From: Thermoanaerobaculia bacterium
GTDB lineage: Bacteria; Acidobacteriota; Thermoanaerobaculia; Multivoradales; UBA5704
Direction of reading: 5' to 3'
Length of the DNA stretch: 50,623 nucleotides
Assembly: GCA_044226625.1 (NCBI GenBank)
Contig: JBGAGQ010000049.1
Span: forward strand, 1 to 50,623
Shown here: positions 8,543-18,600 of the stretch, piece by piece
How the letters are laid out: every line of letters starts with the position of its first letter
How positions within the stretch are numbered: position 1 is the stretch's first letter
The notes under the pieces: model-generated
Told to the model about the DNA's origin: nothing
Seen by the model: the letters and a program-made list of their open reading frames with translations, nothing else
Databases searched by the model: none
Program-made: the position numbers and the translations under genes

Positions 8543-10363
8543 TTACTGAAAGAAGGCGACCTCCGTCGAGTCGACCGTCGGCACCACGAGGGAGCGATCG
8601 AGAAGCTCGTTGCGTCGCTCGCACGAGGGCTCCGCGATCAACAAACAGCCGTGGCATGCAGCGCCGTGCAGAGTCCTTCCTTCGTGCGTTTGGTTTGGTC
8701 GGTGCTGGGCGCAGACCGGGTCGTTGCTGCACAGACGCCCTAGTTCGAGCGCGGCTTCGAGGTGGCGGGCGATCTTTCGTCCGACCTCAACGAGTCCACC
8801 GAGCGTTCCTTCGGCGTCGGGGGTGCCCGTGTAAAGAAGAAGCCCGTAAGCTCCGTCGCGGACGTATATCCGCTCGCGAATGCTCGCCGCGGCGTAGCCG
8901 CATTCGAGGGCGATGGCCGTGAGCAGCAGATGGGACAACGAGTGCAGCAGAAGGTAGGGCATGTAGATCTGCTCGACCCGCTCGTTGGAGAGCGTCGTCT
9001 TCGCCGTGACCTCCAATCCACGATGGAAGTCGGCCGCCCGTTTTTTCACCCCCTCTCGGGTCGTCCACTTCTTCACCCTGTCGGCCCGGAGTGCAAGAAA
9101 GACGCCCTCGCCCCGATTCTCGACCGCCGGAAGCCACCGAGTCTCACGCGCGAGCGCGGCGAGGCGGGCACCCAAGTCGATCTCCACGTCGACCAGCGGC
9201 ACGGTCGGTTCGAAACGCGTAAAGCCGGTCTCGCACACCACCTCCCGCAGGCGATGCACCAACACCACTCGCTCGACCTCTTCGATCGCTCCTCGACGAT
9301 CCGGATCGAGAGGGCGCCGGCGAGCGAAAAAATCCCCTTCGGGCCGGTCGGATTGCAGTTCCTCCGGGAGCGACAGGAAGGTGTCGAGTTCGACGGACTT
9401 GAGATCTCTCTGGATCTCTGCTCCGCCGCTCCGGCGACGCTCGCACTCGGCCCAGACTTGCTCGTCGCTCAGACCTTCGAGCGCCGCCTGTACCCGTGGT
9501 TTCCTCCTTTCCCGTCGAACTTCCTCCGCGCTCTCTGCGACCGAAAGAAAGTCGTCCCAGATCGCATCGATCGCCTTTCTCAGCTGCTCATTGTGGTCGG
9601 GAATCGAAATCGCGCGCTCGACGACGGGCAGGTAGGCGTGGCTCGCGTGCCTGATCAGCAACCGGTTGTTGTGGGCTTTCCCCTCTGGACCGACACAGAC
9701 CTCGTCGCCGCCCGGTTCCGGTCCAAGCCAGGGGCGCTTTCCTTGGCATTTCCCCAGCCTCGTGTGCTCACCTTGAAGCTGGATCAGCGGCATCGTTCGA
9801 TGGCAGCCATCGCACCGCACGGACAACTCGGCCAGGTCGCCGGTCGTCCCTCGCTCGTCGAGCCAGAGCTGCCCGCCGCACCCAACACCCTGGCCGTGGA
9901 CCAGATGCGACCAATTGATGTCGCTCAGATGTCCGTTGGGACAGGCCTGGACGAAACGGATCGGTACGACAGGCCACCCCTTGGACTTTTTCTTGCCGGT
10001 CGGATCGTCGGCGGAATATCGTCCCTTAACGAGCCTCAGTCGATGCACCACCGGGCGCGACCGGCCGTACTTAGAGGTCACCTGCTCGAACTGCGCCACA
10101 AACCACTCGGGGAACTGCCAGGCCACGATCCCGGTTCCCTGCTCTTCTTCCTTCTCCGGCACGGGCGGCGATCGCAGCTCGAGGAAAGGAATCCCGAGCC
10201 TACGCCGAAGGTTTGCGAGCAGCCGTGGCTCCGGGATCAACCGGGCTTCGCCCCGCCAGTGCTCCAGCCCCGCGATCAACACGGCGTAATCCGGCAAGTC
10301 GACGAGCGCGCCCGGCCCGTAAGTGGAGACGATCTGGCTCTGGCGGATCTTGACCCGGCTCAT
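8543..10363 (-). CDS. drmB: DISARM DrmB (DUF1998 zinc-binding helicase partner)
   Basis: N-terminal IRQSQIVSTYGPGA, HSLSHLL, GTLGGL and C-terminal CSNDPVC...AACHGC...SCE. ATG 10363 overlaps the drmA stop. Confidence 0.92.
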   Translation of the reverse strand: MSRVKIRQSQIVSTYGPGALVDLPDYAVLIAGLEHWRGEARLIPEPRLLANLRRRLGIPFLELRSPPVPEKEEEQGTGIVAWQFPEWFVAQFEQVTSKYGRSRPVVHRLRLVKGRYSADDPTGKKKSKGWPVVPIRFVQACPNGHLSDINWSHLVHGQGVGCGGQLWLDERGTTGDLAELSVRCDGCHRTMPLIQLQGEHTRLGKCQGKRPWLGPEPGGDEVCVGPEGKAHNNRLLIRHASHAYLPVVERAISIPDHNEQLRKAIDAIWDDFLSVAESAEEVRRERRKPRVQAALEGLSDEQVWAECERRRSGGAEIQRDLKSVELDTFLSLPEELQSDRPEGDFFARRRPLDPDRRGAIEEVERVVLVHRLREVVCETGFTRFEPTVPLVDVEIDLGARLAALARETRWLPAVENRGEGVFLALRADRVKKWTTREGVKKRAADFHRGLEVTAKTTLSNERVEQIYMPYLLLHSLSHLLLTAIALECGYAAASIRERIYVRDGAYGLLLYTGTPDAEGTLGGLVEVGRKIARHLEAALELGRLCSNDPVCAQHRPNQTHEGRTLHGAACHGCLLIAEPSCERRNELLDRSLVVPTVDSTEVAFFQ

Positions 10364-13300
10364 TTCGCCTCCAGCACTCCACCGTCGAGCCGGTACACGA
10401 GAATCGGGCTCTCGGCCTCGACGTCGCGGAGCGACCACTGCGCCTTGAACTTTCGCCGCTTGGAGCCTGGCGGTTCCTTTTTCAAATCAGGGTCGAGCGG
10501 ATCGTGCAACAGCGGCGGGCGGGGCCGCGCCTCGAACGGCCCGTACTGCAAGCCGGCCTGAACCACCGCCTGCTCGGCCGCGATCTCTTCCCAGGCATCG
10601 AGCAGATCATCGACCCGCGTATCAATCGTGCCCCCCAGCTCGTGGCGTTCCGCGGCCTCCAGGTCCTTCCGATGTCCCTCCGCCCGCTTGCGCACCGCCG
10701 CCTTGAGCCAACCCAACCGGTCCCGGACCTGCGCGATATCCGCCGCGCTCGCCGCCGCGGTCAGCGCGGGCTCTCCATGGCGCGCGAGCGAGACCACCAC
10801 CGCGGCGAGCCCTCGATCGACCGCACGCGCCGAAAACGGCGTCACGCTGGTTGCTTCGACCGCGCGATAGAAGGTCTCGTGGTACGCCTCGAAACGTTCG
10901 AAGTGCGACCGGTCGCGCGGCTTGGCGACGTTCAGCAGAGTGACCACCAGCCCCGGCCGCTCCTCGTCCCGCCCGACCCGGCTGGTGGTTTGAATGTACT
11001 CGGCGGAGGTCTTCGGCTGGCCCAGCACGACCATGAGACCCAGGCGCGTGATGTCGAGACCGACCGAAATCATGTTGGTCGCAAGCGCCACGTCGATCCG
11101 GTCATCCTCTGAAAACGCGAGGGCTAATCGGCGTTTCGCTTTGGCCACACGGTCGGTCGATTCGCGAGAGGTGAGCTCCACGGCCTCGAACTGAATCGTT
11201 CGATCGACGAACGGGCTGTCGATTTCACCGACCCGGCGGTGCCGCGAGTAAGCTTTGAGGCTGTTACGTACCTCGTCCTCGACGATCCGTCGGCTGCCGC
11301 CCAGCTCGCGCAGCGCATTGAAGTACCCGAGCAGCGTCATGTACGGGTCGGCGGGATTGACCGGGTTGGCCGCACCGCCGGCCGCATCGTAGTGTTTTTT
11401 CGCCGCCGACAGCAGTGCGCGATAGGTGCGCAACAGCACGACCTTCAAGCTTCGCCCCTGCGCCGCGACACCTACATAAAGGCGCGGCCCCTTCTTTTCG
11501 GCGCTCACCGTATGGGCGAAAAACGAGTTACGTCGATCGGGACCGGGAGGCGGAAAGATCTCCACCCGCGAGCGATTGAACAGCGCCCGCACCTGGGTTT
11601 CGGCCCGGCGCACGGTGGCGGTTGAAGCCACGATCTTCGGCAGCACCACCTGGCCGTTGTCCTCGCGCCGACAAAGCTCCTCGACCACCGTTTCGTAGAG
11701 GCCAACCATCGTGCCGAGCGGGCCGCTGATCAGATGCAGCTCGTCCTGGATGATCAGGTCGGGCGGCGGCAACGGGCGCGGCAGCCTGGTTCCGCCCGCG
11801 CCATCCCCCGGCCCAAGAAATCCCGCGGCATCGAACCTCTCGACTTTGCCGAACAGTTTGCCCGGGGTGGAGAGCCACGGCAGCGAAGCGAGTTTGTCGA
11901 CGGTTGCGATGAGGAAGCAGGGCAGCCGCCGATAGAGCGGCTCGTCGACCGCGACGATCGGCAGTGGATTGTCACGCGTGAAGGCGCAGTCTTCGTTGGC
12001 GCAGGTGATGCGCAGATCGGTCGGCTGATCGGTCGTCGGCGTCAGCCGAAAGGAGATGGCTTCGAACCTCGTGCCGCACCAGGGGCAGTTCTCAATCGGA
12101 ATTGGCGACGGCTTGTTCCGGCTGTCGCCCTGGAAAGCGAGGGTGCGGGCGCGCGCCGAGACTCGGTCGTTGTCGCCCTTCTTCCCCATTCGGTTCGGGG
12201 TCGCTTTCCGGCCCACCCAGAGCCCGATCTCAAAGGGCCATTTGCCGAGCCTCGCCGGATCGTTCTGACGCTCCAACTCCAGGGCACAGATCAACGTCGC
12301 GGCGCGGCCCAACTGATCCAGGGTGAGCAGGCGTAGGGTGTAGCGCATCAACACGCCGACGCCCGAGGAGGTGATACTCGGATCGCGCAACCTGCGGAGT
12401 GCCAGAGTGAACGCCGCAAGCCCCAGGTACGCTTCGGTCTTGCCGCCGCCGGTTGGGAAGAACAGAAGGTCGAGCGCTTCGCGCTCCGGATCGGTCGGAT
12501 TCGCAATACCGCGCAGGTTCATCAGCACGAACGCGAGCTGAAACGGGTACCACGTCGGCGCGCTCACCTGGTCTGGCCGCCAGCCTTTGAGCTGGGCCGT
12601 ACGCCGTCTCGCCGCCGTCGCCATCGTGCGATTCGCGATACGGAACGCTTCGAGGACGAGCGGGTCGGCCAGCTCGGCGAGTCCCTGGGCAATGCGTCGG
12701 CGCGCGACCTCGCAGCGGTCGAGGAGTTCCGTGGCCACCTGCCCCCGCTGCCCGCTCGGCGTGTCGTCACGCTGCCCCTCGATCCAAGCGGCATAGGTCG
12801 TACCCAAAGCTCCCAAAGCGATCTCCGCTTCCGCTGCGGTCCGAACGGCGCCGAGCGTCTCCATTTCGAGCACGATCCCGACGATCTTGGCCGGCTCGAT
12901 TTTTTCCACCGCCGCGACCGGAACCCACTTGCTGCACACCTCGCGGCAGACGTTCCCTTCTTTTTTCGCCTGCGTCGATACGTTGTGCCCTACTGCGAAC
13001 TCGAAGGCGTCGCGGTATTGGAGGTCCGCGATCCGCTCGTCTTCGTCGTGATCGCCCAAACCGCGCAGGTTTGGCCGCTCGACAAAGCCCTCTTCCAGCT
13101 TCAGGATCAACTTTGCTTGAAAGAGGTGCCCTTCTTCTTTTCGTTCCTCCACCAGGGGGTCGCGTTCGTTGACCAGAAACACCGAGACGGCCCGAACACC
13201 CAGCCACTTCCCTTCTTGCCCCTTGGCCCCAAGGTTCCCGATGTCGCGGGCCGATATATACAGCCAGACACCGCGACTCCCCGCCACCTCGATCCGCGCG

Positions 13301-13764
13301 AGCCTTCCGGCGGGAATCGCCACCTCGAGCCGATGGGCACGCTGGGTTCGCTGCCAAACTTTTCGCTCCGGGTGTTCGGGGTCCTCGTCGGAGGCGACCT
13401 TGGTGTAGTCGCCCCACAACACCTCGGCGGCGAGCGATCTCACCCCCTTCGGAACGAGCACGCTGATGCCGAGGGACGAGGGCAGATACACCTTTCGCGC
13501 GGGTGGCTTGTCGGGCTCCGCGTTGTCGTCCCCTATCCCCTCGTCGGAGACTGCTACGGTGTCGATCAATTCGGCGGATTCCGGGTCGTAGCGCTGTGCT
13601 TCGGGCGCGGTCGTAGGGACCAGAAAGCCCGTGAGGTACCAGCGGGAGGGAGGCTCGTTCTCTCGCAGCCGCTCGGCCTCTAGGGGATGGCCGGGGCCTG
13701 GCCCTACCAGGTCGAGTTCGAGCGTCTCGATCAGCTGCGTACGGATTTCCGCGGAACGGATCAA
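10360..13764 (-). CDS. drmA: DISARM DrmA SF2 helicase
   Basis: Motifs PTGGGKT, QDELH, ATNMISVGLD and QTTSRVGR, with N-terminal DLVGP...WYLTGFL. TTG start at 13764 overlaps the upstream TGA and follows a GGGGAAGG RBS. Confidence 0.92.
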   Translation of the reverse strand: MIRSAEIRTQLIETLELDLVGPGPGHPLEAERLRENEPPSRWYLTGFLVPTTAPEAQRYDPESAELIDTVAVSDEGIGDDNAEPDKPPARKVYLPSSLGISVLVPKGVRSLAAEVLWGDYTKVASDEDPEHPERKVWQRTQRAHRLEVAIPAGRLARIEVAGSRGVWLYISARDIGNLGAKGQEGKWLGVRAVSVFLVNERDPLVEERKEEGHLFQAKLILKLEEGFVERPNLRGLGDHDEDERIADLQYRDAFEFAVGHNVSTQAKKEGNVCREVCSKWVPVAAVEKIEPAKIVGIVLEMETLGAVRTAAEAEIALGALGTTYAAWIEGQRDDTPSGQRGQVATELLDRCEVARRRIAQGLAELADPLVLEAFRIANRTMATAARRRTAQLKGWRPDQVSAPTWYPFQLAFVLMNLRGIANPTDPEREALDLLFFPTGGGKTEAYLGLAAFTLALRRLRDPSITSSGVGVLMRYTLRLLTLDQLGRAATLICALELERQNDPARLGKWPFEIGLWVGRKATPNRMGKKGDNDRVSARARTLAFQGDSRNKPSPIPIENCPWCGTRFEAISFRLTPTTDQPTDLRITCANEDCAFTRDNPLPIVAVDEPLYRRLPCFLIATVDKLASLPWLSTPGKLFGKVERFDAAGFLGPGDGAGGTRLPRPLPPPDLIIQDELHLISGPLGTMVGLYETVVEELCRREDNGQVVLPKIVASTATVRRAETQVRALFNRSRVEIFPPPGPDRRNSFFAHTVSAEKKGPRLYVGVAAQGRSLKVVLLRTYRALLSAAKKHYDAAGGAANPVNPADPYMTLLGYFNALRELGGSRRIVEDEVRNSLKAYSRHRRVGEIDSPFVDRTIQFEAVELTSRESTDRVAKAKRRLALAFSEDDRIDVALATNMISVGLDITRLGLMVVLGQPKTSAEYIQTTSRVGRDEERPGLVVTLLNVAKPRDRSHFERFEAYHETFYRAVEATSVTPFSARAVDRGLAAVVVSLARHGEPALTAAASAADIAQVRDRLGWLKAAVRKRAEGHRKDLEAAERHELGGTIDTRVDDLLDAWEEIAAEQAVVQAGLQYGPFEARPRPPLLHDPLDPDLKKEPPGSKRRKFKAQWSLRDVEAESPILVYRLDGGVLEAK

Positions 13765-14615
13765 GCCGCGCCTTCCCCGACCGTCGCGGCTCGTTCGCCC
13801 GGGTCGGGCGAGGCTTCCAAGAGCGAGTTGAGGAACTTTAGGCACGGCTGCAGGCAGGCGAGGGCTTGGGTCTGCTCGCTCACCCAGCGGTTGTCTTCGA
13901 GCGAGACCTGGGTCGACTTGCCTGGTTTCAAAAGGGCGGTCATCGCGCCGATCGCCGCTTTTTTCCCGCCGGCCGGCTTGCGAAGCTCTTTCCAGTCAGC
14001 TATGTCCGGTTCGGCCGCCACCTTCCGGCGCCACTCGTCGGCATAGCCCCGGGCGGCTGCCGCCAGCTCAGGGTATGCGGTCTCGCCAAGGGTCAGGAGG
14101 ATGTCTTCCAATGTTCCGGCCACTCCCTGCTCCGGCAAGGCAAAGATGCCCACCCGGGGATCTCCGTCGCTCACCGTCGCCACCTCGATCGGAGGATGAA
14201 GGTCTAATCTCTCCAGAATTTGTTTCATTTTACCGAACCGCTGCTCTTCCGCCTCGTCGTCGCTGTCGAGGACCACGCCGATCGTCCCAGGGCGGATCTC
14301 CGCGCGGGCAAAGGCCTCTTTGTCGACGCTCAGTACATTGCCGATCTCGGTGATCCCCTGCGCGTTGCGCAGCGCGACGACCCCGCCGCCTGCCCCCCGA
14401 TAGAAGACGGGCGCCGGGACGGCCATGCGCGCGATGTCGTGGTGTTTGCCGGTGAACCTCGGCCATTTGAACGCGTTGGCTAGCCATCCGCGCAGCGCCT
14501 CGTCCAGCTCTTCCAACTTGTTGATTCGGTTCGCTCCATGGGCGAGCACCAGAAGCCGGCCGATGAAGGCCACGTCGTGTACGCCCTCGGTAACGATGTA
14601 GGTGAAGGCGTTCAT
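13761..14615 (-). CDS. TOPRIM-fold putative nuclease (DUF3226-like)
   Basis: N-terminal IVTEGVHD (TOPRIM EGxxD), DxD motif VVLDSDD and GTLED motif. ATGA overlap with the ATPase gene. Confidence 0.8.
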   Translation of the reverse strand: MNAFTYIVTEGVHDVAFIGRLLVLAHGANRINKLEELDEALRGWLANAFKWPRFTGKHHDIARMAVPAPVFYRGAGGGVVALRNAQGITEIGNVLSVDKEAFARAEIRPGTIGVVLDSDDEAEEQRFGKMKQILERLDLHPPIEVATVSDGDPRVGIFALPEQGVAGTLEDILLTLGETAYPELAAAARGYADEWRRKVAAEPDIADWKELRKPAGGKKAAIGAMTALLKPGKSTQVSLEDNRWVSEQTQALACLQPCLKFLNSLLEASPDPGERAATVGEGAA

Positions 14616-15643
14616 CGAACGTCGAGCCCCCCTTCGCGCAGGGTGCAGAGCTTCGCGAAGTCGTACCGGCGGACTTCGTGCTGTCTCTCTTTTCGCTGGA
14701 TCCAGTAGGCGCTAAGGGCTTGCGCCGTGCCGCGGTCTTCGACGGAGCCGATGATTGCATCGACCGCCTCTAAGCTGTGGGTCGTCGCGATGATCTGGAC
14801 TTGGGAGGTGGCCGCCGCTTCGAGGAGCTTCCCGAGCACGGGCCGCAGAACGGTATGGTGGATGCCGGCTTCGATCTCGTCCACTAGCAGGACGCCTTGG
14901 GAGGCGCGGGTGAGGGCGAGCGCCAGGGCCGCGGAGCGGCGCATGCCGTCGCCGAAGGAGGCGAGATCGACGACGCCGCGGGTCCGGTGGCTCACGCGAA
15001 CGGCCTCTCGCCCCAGGGAGGCGATGACGTCGAGGTCTTCGACGCCCGGATCGAACATTTGGAGCAGCTCGACGGCGAGCTGTTTTCGGCCTTCGTCTAC
15101 GACGCGGCTGAGGTGCTCGACGAGCGCTTTCGTGGAGTAGTGGGTGCCGGGGGTGACGGCGAAGACGCGGTAGGTCGGGACCTGGTGGGCCACGGTGGCC
15201 GGCGCGGGGAATTTGAGGGTCAAGGCGGGGTCACCATCGACGCTGACTTCGATCCGCGCCGAAAGGTCGGCTTCTTCGCTTGCGCCGAGGATCTGGGATG
15301 CGAAGCAGCGTGCCTCGATTCGGCGAGCGAGACCCGAAGTTCTGCCTTCGACGATCAGGGAATTCGATTCTTGGGGACCATCGTCCGGGTGGAGCGCTTC
15401 GCTGTTGGGAAACAGAGCCCACAGGCCTTCGACCAGGGACATGTCTACGTCGCGGTGGCGGACGGCACTCACCCATTGGGACGGATCGGGTGGACGCAGG
15501 AGCAGCCCGGCCGCTTCGAGGAGAGAGCTTTTGCCGGAGTTGTTGGCGCCAACCACCAGGCTCACCGGCGTCAGTCCTTCAAGGACCAGACCGGAGATGC
15601 CGCGGTAGGCGTGCAAGGAAAGCTCCTGTAAAACGGTGGTCAT
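14612..15643 (-). CDS. Soluble ABC-type ATPase (AAA_15/AAA_21-like)
   Basis: Walker A GANNSGKS, signature-like SFGDGMRR, Walker B/D-loop LLVDEIEAGIH and H-loop TTHS. No TM segments. Confidence 0.9.
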   Translation of the reverse strand: MTTVLQELSLHAYRGISGLVLEGLTPVSLVVGANNSGKSSLLEAAGLLLRPPDPSQWVSAVRHRDVDMSLVEGLWALFPNSEALHPDDGPQESNSLIVEGRTSGLARRIEARCFASQILGASEEADLSARIEVSVDGDPALTLKFPAPATVAHQVPTYRVFAVTPGTHYSTKALVEHLSRVVDEGRKQLAVELLQMFDPGVEDLDVIASLGREAVRVSHRTRGVVDLASFGDGMRRSAALALALTRASQGVLLVDEIEAGIHHTVLRPVLGKLLEAAATSQVQIIATTHSLEAVDAIIGSVEDRGTAQALSAYWIQRKERQHEVRRYDFAKLCTLREGGLDVR

Positions 15644-18600
15644 CTATTCGCTCTCCTCTCCAAACAATCCGGGCTGGTCCGACGGTGCCGCTTTCTTGGT
15701 GATTTTGGCACGGCGACGGGGCTTGCCGTAGGCGGCGCTCTTTGATTCCGGCACGACAAGTAGAGACTTGCTCGCCTCCTCCTCCGCGCGCCGGGCGTTC
15801 AGTTCGAGCAAGCGCGCCAAGACCTCGTCGCGGACCTCATCCGGCCACCGATAGCGCCATGGTTTCCTTCTCCGGCGCCGTCCTGAAGCCTCTTCTTCAT
15901 CGCCCTCTTCTTCGTAGTCGAGGAGGAACTCGCAGGTCGGTTGGATGTCGGTCCAGCCGTAGGCGTCAAGGACGGATCGGTCCATGGCGGCGTGCAGCTC
16001 GCGGAGCTTGAGGATGTCGGGTTCGGTCTCGTCGGGGTCGTGGAAGCGGTTGTAGGTCTTGGTCAGGCCTTCGTCGTTCTTGACCATTACAGCCGCGCGA
16101 AAGTCGTAGTAGGTATTGCCGACCTCCTCGAGGCTCGGCTCGCTCAGCCATCTGGAGGGAAAAGGGAATGTCGCGAAGCAGTCGCTCGGGGTGTACTGAA
16201 GATCGTTCTTCAGCGTCGAGCTAAATGTGCGCGCCCATCCTTCATGTACGCGTGACTGCATCACAGCGAATCCGGAAAATGAATCCAAGATGAATCCCAC
16301 TACCTTTTCGCTGATCATTACCGCCGAGTCAACAAAACAGAATCCGAAGCTGCTGCTGATGCGCGCGACAGCGAGATAACGCTCTTGTGTTGCGACAGTA
16401 CGGAAGAAATCAGGGCGATGCGCCTGGTATGCCCACCAGCGCCGCCGGAGCGGCAGGTTGTTGGGATTGCCGCCGAGCCTCTCCCGCTCTGGCTTCACCT
16501 TCGCGCGAACGATCCCCGCAAGAGGACCCGCGGTCGCGAGTCCGGCCTCGTTTTCGATGTCTGAAAGGTAAATCGTCCAGCGCTCGGCCGTCAGCGTCGA
16601 ACTGGTATTCAATTCTTCGCCTCCAATATATGGGCGGACTCGTGAAGCGAGCGAAGGGCTGTTCTCAAGAATGCTGCGCATCTCCGAAGTTGTGCTCGCC
16701 TTCGGCTCATTGTCATCGAAAAGAAAACCCTGACCATAAATCTTCACACCGAGCGACCAGTGCGGGGTCCCTGCCATCGCTGCTGGGGTTGCGTCCTGGG
16801 TGCCCTTCAACAAGAAGGCACTAATACGCCCGACAGGTTGACCGTCAAGCAGCGGATTCAGTATCGGCCCCTTTCGCACATGCACGGCGCTCACGATGAC
16901 GGCTGCACGACCCGGCCACGCCAGCCGTCTTCGAGCTGCCAAGATATTTCCACCATTTCGAAGAATTGTCGCTAGCCCACCTTCGCGCGTGTCACCCTGA
17001 CCAATTGTCTTCGTCGCGAGCAAACCGAGGCTGGCACCTGGGCAGCCGAGGTCAAAGCTACGTCGAAAGAAGTACGCGACGAGATCGCAGAGGTGACCAG
17101 CTGGAGGGTAGTTCACCGTCAACCAAGCGAAGAAGCGCATCCCGAGCTCGGTTGAGATTCGCGTTCCTCCAAGAAACGGCGGATTTCCAACGATGCAGTG
17201 GAAACCACCTTTTCCGGGTTCGAACACCTCCGGAAACTCGACCTCCCAGTGGAAGCAAGGCACCGCCCTCTCGCCCAAGCGCAGTTCCTCGACAAATCCA
17301 GTGATCTCATCCACCGAGCCGCTCCCTGAGAGCCATGCCTGCACCTTCGCTTCCCAATCCCTCCGAGCGCTCTTTCGAGCATTGACCTTCTGCTCCGAGA
17401 AGAAGCAGGCGACAACACAGTCGCCAACGATCCGAACTTTCGCGAGCGCGTCGTCAGCATCCCGCAAGAGCCGCAGCTTCTCCTGCACATCATCCGAGTT
17501 CGCGAGGCTCTGAATCCTCTCCCGCAGCACCATCGCCTCTGCGATGGCATCGTCCACCAGACCCCGGATCAGCGGGATCTGCTGCGTCAAGCCCCCCTCC
17601 ACATTCCAATTGAAGCTAGCGATCTGCTCGCGCGTCAGACCCACAAGTGAGTCGCCATGGCGAATCGAGTGATCAAGGAAAGTGAACGGGTGATCGCGCG
17701 CCAGGGTCGCGAGCCAGAGCGAAAGCTTGCCTAGGTCGACCGCGAACGGGTTCTTGTCCACACCGTAGAGACAGTGCTGCGCCACTTGGCGCTGCGCGTA
17801 GAGCCGAAGGTCCTCGTCGGGTGGAACATCGGTCGGGCGGCCGTGGACGTTGTACGCCTTCTCAAGCTGCTCGCCGAGCTGGCGACAGGTCTCGACGAGG
17901 AACGCACCCGACCCCATCGCCGGATCGCAAACCTTGAGCGCCAAGATCTGTTCCGGCGTGGGATTCGTGCCGAGGTCCTCCAGGATCGGCCGCAACGTCG
18001 TTCGAACGATCGGTTCCGTCAGCTCCCGCGGCGTGTAGTGCGATCCGGATCGGCGCCGCTCGTCTGTAGGCTGAAGGTACAAACCACCCGCAGGGACCGT
18101 GCGCGGCGTGAGCGGAGAGATCCGCCGGCTCAAAGCGGCGACGAGATCGGCGATCGACGCAGCTGCCTTTAGAGCCTCGGCGGCCTTGCCGGTAACCTCC
18201 ACCCCCGCCGCCTCCTTCAAGACCTTCTCCCGCTCGGCCCCACGCTTCCTGAGCAGCGTCTCCAGACCGACCACCACGTGATCCTTGCCGACACCGATCG
18301 AAGTCTCGAACGCGCGTTCGAGGCGGAAGCCCATCATGTTCTCGTACACCGAACCGATCTGCTCCACGTCCAGCGCACGGTACGAAAGGCGGTCGGCATC
18401 GAGCAGCAGAAGCTTTTCGAGTACCCGACGGATCACGCCGTCCGAAACCCGGGGCACCGCCACCGGCTCCCCCTTCGTGCGCCTCATACGATAAGGGCGC
18501 CCTTCCAGGAAGGCCCACCCGTCCGGGTCGAAAAGGTGCCCGTAGCGCCGAGGGAGCCGAAAATCGCCGCGATTCGCGCCATCGTGGATCATCCGAAACA

